64,000 bases of DNA. It comes from Amphiscolops sp. MND2022. Taxonomy: Eukaryota. The DNA is taken from assembly GCA_964187785.1 (NCBI GenBank), contig OZ076410.1:41044001-41108000 (forward strand). The letters are read 5' to 3'. Every line of letters begins with the position of its first letter. Position 1 is the first letter of the stretch. Under the pieces are notes generated by a model. It searched no databases. It had not been told where the DNA came from and saw only the letters and a list, made by a program, of their open reading frames with translations. Shown piece by piece: positions 47,365 through 57,500 of this stretch. The position numbers and the translations under genes are program-made.

Positions 47365-49416
47365 TGTTGGAACTCTCGTTCCTAGATAAACCAACTTCTT
47401 CTAGTTCTTCAGTGGGGTTTCCACTGTTCTCAGTCCTGGTCGTCAAGTAACCTTGTTCAGAATTGACGCTTGATAAGTTATCGACTTTGGACGATAGACT
47501 CTCAATCAATTTTAATATCTCGCGTTGGTTGAGTTCAGTGTCTCTGAGACGCTTAGAAATTTTATTCTCAATTTTATTGGATATGTCTTCAAAATCCCTT
47601 TCCGAAAGTACGGCGTTTTCGTCGTTGATCGAGCTTGCCGTCTCTATGTCGAACTGGCTGGTCGACTGGTCACTCCTCAACTTTCGTTTTTGAGATTTCT
47701 CAGGCATCTTGTAAAATAGTGGAGAGACAATATTTCAATTAAACTTGAGTCGTTACAAACGTAATGGAGACTTCAGTTCAGTGAATTGTCAGAGTTTTCG
47801 AAACAAAAGAATTATATTAAGCAAAGGTAATTAAAACAATTATTACAAAGGCAAAATTTCCGGAGAACGGTTAATCAAACGCACTTGGAAAAATCAAATT
47901 ATCAACTAACTTTTCCTAATCCCGCTTCAGGTATTTATACTTTACGCTAGACACACGGGGAAAACCCCGCGCGTGAATTCACACCTTGTTCACCTCGGCG
48001 TCCTTTCCAAAGCGGGGAAATCCAAATAAGGTATTCTTCCTCGGGACTCGGCGTTCGGTTCCAACCCACTTTAAAGAAAAGTGGGAATTCACTTCCTGCC
48101 GCTTCCCGATTCCGCGTCCCTTTCTTCTTCATTTCCCGCCTTTTCAAGACGCCGAAGGTGAAGTTGGCACTGAAATTCATGAACCTAGCTACTGAAGCGG
48201 GAAAAGGAAATGAATTTTCCTTTAAATAAAATAAGCAATTCAACATAAGAGAAAACTGCACTAATTTGTGAGTTGACAAAATTAGGGGTGATGATCACAA
48301 CTATCGACGCACTTTCACAAATTTAACATTAAACACGTGCCTGGTCGACGGACATAATACTCAAACGAGGTCAAACAACCAGGCTAACAGCCCAAATTAA
48401 TGCATGTGAAAAGGGGGGCAAGATTATTCAGTTAGGTAGCATCTGGGAGTAATTTCCATTCGGTCAACAAATATGGTATGTCGGACGATTGTCACTATCA
48501 TAACGTATTAATATTTCACTCAAATTTGATACATCATTAATTAATCAAACGGTTGTCCAGGCGGGAGTCCCAGCTCATACTAATATTATTCATCATTTCG
48601 CTTCGCTTGAATGATTTGTAACCTTCCATGTATAATTAAGATAGCACATTTACATGTATCAAGGCAGTTATTCATTATCTATTGGTGTTTTGGTTCTTTA
48701 CTGCTCCATCTAAGTTGGGCTGATTGTCCCGGCGGTCGTCCCAGTTTATAAATATAGACCGGTTGTCCCAGCGGTCGTCCCAGAACTCATGGTTGACAAA
48801 TTAACAATTGTACTTTGGTATATTATAAATATTACATATTCCAACTCTATTACTTAAAACTGCATATTTTAAGCTTCTTCTAAGCTCTGAATTTGAGTTT
48901 ATTTCACATTTAGCGTCGTTTGAGTACACTAGCATTTCAGATAATTCAGTCGAGCAGCCAGGCGTGCGTCCCAGCTTTGTCGACTGAATTGCTTGGCTAG
49001 CAGAGTAACTGAATTAATACTGCACATTCGCGCTTAGCGCTGATTGGTTAATTAAAGGGGCAGTGAGAATTAGTGTGTTTTGCTACGCAGATATTGGGAC
49101 GGTAGGCTGGTCAGTGCGCTGGTTGGAATAACTTCAATCAGCGTATTGGTCAAGCTACTGCAAACAAATCACATTTACAACAAGTTATTATTATTTAATT
49201 ATTTACATATTTATGTATTTCAGGTACTGCAGGGGGTTGATGATATTAATATTATGCACTTACAGGGTTGTTCAATATCAATGAGTGTTTGTTTGTTGAT
49301 TGTTTTCTTTCAGGTTTGTGATGGTTTATTAGCTTCTTCTTGGTTAATTTCTCCATTTCTTTCCTCTGGCGTTCTCTCTGTTCTTATTATTTCACGGCCC
49401 TGTGGCGGCTGTGACA
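47365..49416 (-). repeat. E2 3' LTR (2052 bp)
   Basis: TGTCACAGCC...TTCCAACA on the minus strand; near-identical to 60993-63044. Confidence 0.97.
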
Positions 49417-49960
49417 GTCCCCGGCTTTGATGAGAGACGTCCATTGTGGGAAGAAGTGGTGAAATTGGCCTGAATGGGGAAGAGATGGGGGGTTGAAATA
49501 TAGACTGTACCATTGAATCATAAGACATCCAGGACGAATCTGTTGACCAGTCACTTCCTGAGAAGTAACCTATCGAACTAGAGTTACTGGAGATGGGGCT
49601 GATTGTCCCATCGTGCGGCCCGTATAGCCAATTGTCCATATTCTCGTAGTTTCTTGGGGGGCTCATGAATTCGTCATCCGGGATAATTGGGTTGAAGTTT
49701 GTAAATTTCCTGGATGGTAATGTATCTGATTGGGCTGTTTCTAGGATAGATATCGGCGCCGACTCATGGTAAAGGACAATATGTTCTGTCCCAGTATTGA
49801 TAATCTCGTAAATATCCTCGATAATTGGTGTTTGAGTATTTTCGCAATTATCACGAAGCGCTTTAGGTGTTGAATGTGCGCAGGGGTTTACTGGGGCAGC
49901 GTCTTGGTCGCGGTCCAAAATGAAATAATCGGTTGAGGAATTGAGTGTCGATGAATTCAT
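49310..49960 (-). CDS. E2 ORF-X, 216 aa from the first ATG, crossing the PPT into the 3' LTR
   Basis: Homologous to 28057-28641; the last 35 or so codons are LTR-encoded. Confidence 0.8.
   Translation of the reverse strand: MNSSTLNSSTDYFILDRDQDAAPVNPCAHSTPKALRDNCENTQTPIIEDIYEIINTGTEHIVLYHESAPISILETAQSDTLPSRKFTNFNPIIPDDEFMSPPRNYENMDNWLYGPHDGTISPISSNSSSIGYFSGSDWSTDSSWMSYDSMVQSIFQPPISSPFRPISPLLPTMDVSHQSRGLSQPPQGREIIRTERTPEERNGEINQEEANKPSQT
49417..49428 (-). promoter_or_regulatory. E2 polypurine tract AAAGCCGGGGAC
   Basis: Abuts the 3' LTR start. Confidence 0.7.
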
Positions 49961-50239
49961 TTGATTCGATGAGTAGATAAATTGTATGCAATAAATAGTA
50001 ATAGTTGTAAGCAATGCTGAGCGGCTGTTCTGCGGAATGGTCGAGTAATTGAATGATAATTCCGTTCTTTTCTTCTGTTCACGTCGCTTGCATGAATGGG
50101 AAAGTTTTCAGCTGGCAGACTGAATGACTTCCATTACGTCATACTATTAGTTTGTAATATTAGTATTAGCGTTGGTTTTACGCCACGTCTTCGACTTTTG
50201 GTATCAGGTTTGAGTTTATTTCAGATTTGAGTGTTTATT

Positions 50240-53200
50240 ATGTCGCATTCGACTGATGAAGATGACCAGCGGATTTTGCGGTCTGGAAAAATTGGAGTTG
50301 TGGAGAGCGAGGGAGAAGGTGTCTTGTTACATGAGGCAGGTCAAGAGAGTCATGAGGGAGAGAGTGAACTGACGGGCGTTCTGCTGCAAGAGGCAGGTCA
50401 AGAGAGTCAGGAGGAAGAAAGTGCTGCTGAGTCCCGATTGATTATTGCTGAGTCAAGTGGTGAAGAAGAAGTTATGGAGTCGTCGGCTGGGTTGGAGTCC
50501 CAGTGTGCTAAACGTGGTAGTGGATTCGGGGAGATTGACAATGATGACTGTTCCGATGACACGGGTTCTGAGAGTGCGAGTAACAATGGCAGTTCAGATA
50601 GTGACGATGCTGGTTCAATGCATTCGACAGGAAGTGATGCACGCCACGATTTGGACTATTTATGTGATGTAGAGGGTAAGTTGCTTAGCGAAATGTTAGT
50701 GGCCAGCTAACTTTTCATGCTAGTATGCAGACGCGTCATTTCATCCACCTTTCTTGCTGTTTCAGGATTGTCCGATGATTCTCGTGATGATGATTATGTC
50801 CCTGGGTCTCGCTCTGCTGCGGCATCTGTTAGTGGTGCTAGTCCATCTAAGCGAGGCCGTTGGTCTCAGTCTGGAGGGTGTGCTGGGATGACCACTAGAT
50901 CAGCGGCGTCGCCTATTGCAGGTTTTGAAGGTGGGTATTTCTTTCTTCCTCTAGCATTATATAAGTACCTTGGCTGTGCTCGTTCGAATGATTGTTTCTG
51001 CTTATTGATGAGTACGAGTTGATTTCAGTTGGTTCTTCGCAAGTCCATGGAGAAGCTTCTATGGGAGTGGATTCGTCGTCTTCCGATGCAATGATTGTTC
51101 CCACTGTGGCCGACGAGGCTGTGTCGAGTGGTGATGGTGATGCGGGTTTTCGACCAAAGCGTGAGCGTACACAGCATTCACGACCAGTAGAGGGGTTGGA
51201 GCGGTCGGTCATCCACAATGAGTGGGCAAAAGGTTATTATCGTCTTCAATTATCTGTATCGTGTGTCTTTCGGTTGGTGCCTTGTTATGGGGGGGGGCGT
51301 TGTGTTTGTGCGTTGATTGTCCTTATGAATTCATTGTCTTTTAGCTGGACTAAAGGATGTGCCGGAGGGAGCGGTGTGCTTATCTGCTTCGCAAGTGTTG
51401 GCTTTCGGCCAGGCAGCTGTTCGCTTGGAGCGGACTCATAGTCGAGCGGAAGAACGTTCCCTTTCTCGTCGTAAGTTGTATATGTCTGTTGTTTGTTTGT
51501 TCGCAGTTGTGTCATGATCCCACTTATAGATGTTTAGGGGTACCATAAGTCTTCAGGGTTGTCTGGGGGTGGGTTTATGTCGAAGTAGTATTATCGGGAT
51601 GTGATTGTCCTTTTGTGTTGTAGAGTTAGACAAAATCATGCAGCTTCTCAAACAGAAGGGGATTCAGTTGGATCGGGCTCGTGGTCATTTGGACGCTGAG
51701 GAGGTGACTAAGAGCAAACTGTTTGCCAAATACGAGAGGAGGAAGAAACGGCAGACCGAGCGTCATGTTCTTCGAAGAAGCATGGCAATTCACCCTATTC
51801 CTCGTCTGTTCGTTAGCCAGAGGGCGGACAAGAATCCAAACGGGTTCAACTGTGCCATATGTCGGAAGGACATTTCATTCCTGTGGCGGGGGGAACTCGA
51901 GATCTGGCGGCACTTTGGCTGCAAAACTCACTTTGCCAAAGATCAGCGTTATCGTCTCGATCATGAGGATACCGTGTATACCGCTGGGTTTGATGAGATT
52001 GCTGTTGCCACTATTTCTCCTGAGTTGCGTGCAGAAATTGAAAAGACGCCGCCAGTAGTCCTTGGTAAGAAGAATGCCTTCGTGGAGGATGAAGTGGATG
52101 CTCTCGTTGGAGTAGTCTCAAACGTTCCCTCTTCGACGCTCGTGGGTGGTCTGTTTGAGTTGTTGCGGAGCGGGGGATCTCACAGCTTCCTTAGAAGACT
52201 CTGGAGCCAGTTCAGGACAACGATTCCAGTTGAGACTAGCTATGCCCAGGCCACCTGGAGTAAGACTGAATCGTTTGTGGTATTGAGTCAGACTCTGTAT
52301 CCTCGTATTCTGCGTCGAGTCCAAACTGGCTGCAACAACTCCGAATTCAGTTTGACATTTCGCGAGGATGACACCGGGTTGCGCTGTTTCGTCTGTTTCT
52401 TGGCTGATGATGTTATCCGTGAAGTATGTGTTCTCTGGGAGGAGTCTTCCGCGGGTTTGTGTGATGCTGAGATCAAGTGTTTGTCTCGAATTCTTGCCGT
52501 TCTTCCTGCTGAGCAGTCTCCTGTTGCAGTTCGTGGTTGTTCTTCCACATTATTCAATGTCTTCTCGAGCTGGTGCAAAACCGGAAGTCGTCCTGTGCCG
52601 TTGCCTGTCTTGGAGTATACGTCTGACACGTTCCGAGATCATGTTCGGGACGCTGGGCTGGTTGGAACAAATTTGCTGGATCCTTTTGCCATATTGGATT
52701 ATTTGTTATTGCGCTTGGTTAAAGCTGTTCGTCAACCATGGCTGATGGGTTTACCTGAGTTTCACAGGTGCGTTCGTCAGCGTCAAGTTCCTTTTGCTTC
52801 TTTGTGCGCCGTTATTTCCGAGTTGATCCATCATTGGGACGACGTGAGATTGTTCCTGAAGGAGACTGGGACTGTGATGCCTCCCAAAAGTAAACCTCCT
52901 CTTGACATAGGGCAGATGATACTTGCGGATACTCTGGTTTTGCCTCGGCTGAGTGTCCTGCATGTGCTCGTATCCTGTTTCCAGGCCAGCTTTGAGAAGC
53001 AGTTTGCAACTGAAGTCACCGATTACACGTGCCGTAATTATGCTGATTTCTGTTATTTTTATTGGGCGTTGCTTGGGAAGGTGAAGAAGTTGAGTGCGTT
53101 GCCTGAGATTGAAGCATGGAGCCAGTTTATCGGTCTACCTTTGACGACATGGGCCAACATTCCGTATACAGAGTGTCTTCGAGGTGAGCCCCTTGTTACT

Positions 53201-54223
53201 GTGGCTTTGTCGTCCTGCGGTGATGCTTTCCGGCGCGCTTTCCTTCGTGAATGTCAGGGTTTCCTGTTGGAATTCCTGAAGGTGCTCAATCAGTCTGCTT
53301 ATGCAAAGTCGGGTTTGGCATCTAGTCTGAGTTGCTTCTCTCCAGATATGATGTTATTAGGCGATGAGTCATATGCTGTTGTTCTGTTCAAGGATCTGAC
53401 CACCTATTTCTTGGACTGTGGGCGTCTATCCTCGTTGGATTGCGAGGCAGCTGCTAACGAGTTTAAATCTTTGCTCGTTGAATTACGGCGACGGAACAAA
53501 CGGGTGGTTTCTTCTATCACGAACAGTTTCACTTTCCTGCGTGATTCCGGGCTACTGGACTGTCGTCTGAATCTGGATCGAGTTGTGCAGTTAGCTGCAA
53601 TGGCCGTGGTTCCGCGTGAGATCTGTTATCCGGTCGTCGATATGTCGCTGAGTGGATCCAAAATTCCAAAGAAGGTTTTATTGTCCTCAATCTTTGCTTG
53701 TCAATCGTACGTTTCGTTCGATAAGTTCGTTTCCGGAGAGCTGTTGACGAAGGATTGTCTCGAGGAACTGAAGTGCAACTTGCCAAACGGGAAGAATTTT
53801 ATGGATAACGCTTCCTTCTCGCCGTGGGGTAATTTGTATTTGCATGCCCGAGGTGACCTCTATCGCGAATTGCGTGATGCGTTTGATTCCTATTATCTGG
53901 CCCAGGTGGCAGAGTGGCGTCGGCGAGCTGGTCTGGGTTTGTACTCTGTGTCCTCGTCTCCGGACAAGTTACAGCCTGTGTTGGATTCTCAGCAGGTGGA
54001 TGCCGTAGTTGGGCCTTCTTCCGGGAAGAGTTCCAAGGTTCCGTCAGTTGTCACTTTCTCACCAACAAAGATGTCTACTGTGTCAGTTTCGCAGTCCCGT
54101 GGGTCCAGCAGTGTAGCGGAAAAGGTGAGGGAGAAGAAGAACCAACGTCTTGGGAGTGTGCCCAGTTGTTCATCCAGTAAAGAAGCTTCCGGTGTGTCTA
54201 GGAAGCGTAGTTCCCAGAATTGA
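50240..54223 (+). CDS. E2 antisense 5-exon gene, about 1176 aa; exons 50240-50675, 50766-50930, 51029-51232, 51345-51470, 51624-54223
   Basis: Four phase-1 GT-AG introns (90, 98, 112, 153 nt; donors GTAAGT, GTGGGT, GTTATT, GTAAGT). Spliced CDS is 3531 nt and open. Exon 3 is 204 nt in both E1 and E2. Confidence 0.87.
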
Positions 54224-54556
54224 GTCGTGTGTTCGGCTTGTTGCAGACATACTTGATCAGATTTTAGTCTTTGTTTGTATTAGCAGTTTATATTTTATAG
54301 CTGATTATTGTGTATTTTGTTTCTGGCCCACGTGGTCTGATTGTGTTGTATTTGGCAAGAAAAGAAAATTGCATCGCCATTCTTAGAAAATGAGAGAAAA
54401 GGAGGGATGTCAGTTGGGGGGTTTTCAATAATTCACTCTTCTGCTCCTCGAATTCGTTTTCTGTTGAGTTTGTAGATGAGTAGTAGGGATTTGAGTCAGT
54501 TTCAGGTCAATTGAGTGAGTAGTAGGTGTACCATTTCATGAATTCATATTGAAAGT

Positions 54557-57500
54557 TTATTCGTTTGAGCTAACAACCATTGGGTTGTAGTAGGCGTAGT
54601 CCCTTTTCCAATTTGAAGGGGGGTTGCTGCGAAGGTTATATTTGCCTTTGCGGGGGGAACTAGGCTCTGGGTTTGGGTTGGGTTCTGGTTGAGATTCCTG
54701 TTGTTCGGGTTGGGGTTCCGTTAGGATATCGTGGGTGTCATCCTGGGCAATGTTTTCTAAGACGTCATGACTATCGGTCGGGTTGATTGCCGATTCGTTG
54801 TTGGAATCGTGGTTATGGGTCATCACGAAGTGTTCAAACCCTGATTGCCAGGCTAGGGCGTATAGGTCATCGTGTAGGATTTCAACTTCATCGTCTGGTT
54901 GAAAGTCCTTGGTTTGAACTTGTATATCGGGAAGGCGATTTTTCGTGGGGCATGGTTTCAGTCGTATCCTGTGTAGAATTTGGGTCTTGTTCGTTTGTAA
55001 TTTACGAACTAGGTAGTTGTTGTTGGGAAGGGTTTTAACTACTACGAATGGTCCTGTCCATAAATACTCGCGGAAAGGTAGTTTCGATCCCTGGTTGTTT
55101 GCCTGGGGGTGTAAGGCGTAGCAGTAGTCGTTTGCTGCTAGGGGGTGGGCAGAAGCTTTTTTATCGTAGTACTGTTTGTACCGTATGTAAGAGTGGAGGA
55201 GGTGTTTGGTTACTGATTGGTGTATCATCCGGGTCTTCTGGACGACTTCTTCGCCTATGTCTGTTTTTGGGTTTTGGGTTTGGTTCTGTTTGAGACCGAA
55301 CTTTAAGTCAAGCACATTGTATGGTATTCTGCCATGGAATACTCTACTGGGTTCGCACCCTAGTGCTGAGTGGTAGGTTGTGTTGTAGTTTAGTGTGGCG
55401 GTTGGTACGAACTGGTGCCACATTGTTCTCCTTTCTCCTGTTGATATTTTCAGGGCTTCTTTTAAGGATGCATGACAGCGTTCTAGGATACCAATTGTTT
55501 GGGCATGTTTTGTAGTTGCGTGTCTCAATTGGATGCCTAGAACGCGTGTGGTGTCAGCCATTACTTCGGACATGAATTGGGTTCCTTTGTCAGTTATGAT
55601 CGTTGTGGGCAGGTAAGCATGTCTTGTCATTATGTCTACCAGTACTCTTGCAATCGAGCGGGCATCTATTTTGGTGACACAATAGGTAAATAGATAGCGG
55701 GAAAAGACGTCCATGGCGGTGACTATCGCTGTGAATCCGTTGGATGGCTCGTCGAAGGGGACGATGTCCATTTGTAGGGCATCTTCCGGTCCCATTGCCA
55801 GTTTGGACGTGTCGATCATTGGTGGGGTTAGGAGGCGATTGTCTGTTCGTTTTGTTTGCATGCATTTCATGCATTGGTTGATATGTTTGGCTATCCTTGC
55901 TGCGAGACTTGGGTAGTAATACTTTTCTCTGCATTGTTGTATTACTTTCGTTATTCCCGGGTGTTTGTTGTGCATTCCATGGTGTGCCTCGATGAAGGAG
56001 TCGACCAGTTGCTCCGGGAGTAGTACTTGCAGGTGTTTGACTGTTCCGGTTTCTCCGAAGTACTGCCGGTATAGCAGTCCGTCTTTGAGTATGATTCTCG
56101 ATTCTTGCGCTGTGTAACGGAGTGCCCTGTGGTCTGTGGCCATCAGGTGTTCATCGTATGGTTCCTTGAGGAGGCGCAGTTTGTAGTTTCTGAGGACACT
56201 GTCTTGGTCCTGTTGGTGTCGCATGTCAGTTGGGAGAGTGTTTTCTTTGTCTTCGGTGGTTTTGTTGTGTCTTGTTATTTCCGTTTGAAATATGACTGTG
56301 GTGTCTTCTGTTTGGACTGTTTCATTATTTGCTTCTTCTCCTGGCGTTGGTGGGGTGTCGTTCCCTAGAATTTTCTTGCGGGCTCTTTGCTTCCTCTCCC
56401 AAATTTGTTCTTCGGTTTCAATGTCATCGTCGGGGAGGAAGTAGAACTGTTCCTCTTCTGCGACGTTGGAGGATTGAATGTGTACCTCTATTGGTGTTGT
56501 TTGAATGTCGTCTCGGATCAAGAGTTGGACTTTTTCCTTTGGGTCTAGGTCAAGTCGGGAGAGAAAATCAGCTGCAGTGTTCATGCGCCCTGGGACGTGG
56601 GCGATCGTAAAGTTGAATTGTAGGACGAAATCGCAGGCGTTCCACAAGGCTGGTGGTATTATTTTGGTTTGAAAAAACCGTGTGACGGACTTGTTGTCTG
56701 TTAGGACGATGACCGGTTTGGTCGATCCCCACAACATGTGGCTGTATTCCATGAAGGCGAAATATATAGCCAAGAATTCTTTGGCATATATTGACATTTT
56801 GATTTGGGACGGAGAGAATGTCTTGGAACCAAACGCTACCGGGGCGTAAGTCTTTTTAACTGAGGTCAGTTTTTCATCAGCGTTTTCTTCAATCATGAGG
56901 GCGTAGCCTGCATTTTTGAAGTTCGCGTCTGTCATGAGGACGTACTGTTTGTTGGGTAGTGGTTGTTTCAGCCATAGTCCACAAGCGTTGTCAAGTGCCT
57001 TGTTGATGTTGTCGAATGTCCCGATGATCTCGTTTGTGATCTTGATTGGTTTGTCTGCCTTGACTAATTCGTGGAAGGGTGCTATCTTTTCGGAGAGGCG
57101 AGGTATGTAGTTCCGATAATAATTGACGAAACCAATATACCTCTGTAGGCCCTTTTTGGTTTTTGGGAACGACAGTTTTTGGAGGTAGTTCTTGATCTTG
57201 TGACACTGTGGGGCGATTCCTTCGGGTGAGACTGTTCGTCCAAGGAATTCGACTTCCTTGGCACCGAACTGGCATTTAGCCATTGTCAGACGCAGACCTG
57301 CTTCTCTTATGCACTGAAAGACCTCACGCAGGTTGTTCTTCAGCTCCTCGGCAGTATGGGTAGCTATCCCGATGTCGTCGACGTACTGGGCGCACTTGTC
57401 GGCTTTGATGACTCGGTCAAGATACTCCCGCATAAAGCTCGAGAAGGAGGAGAGAGATCTGCTGAGCCCTTGTGCGAGTCGCAGGTAGGCGAATGTCCGA

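Noticed and set aside
54560-55000. Chromodomain at the integrase C-terminus
   Set aside because: The tail is acidic/proline low-complexity with no chromodomain aromatic cage pattern.
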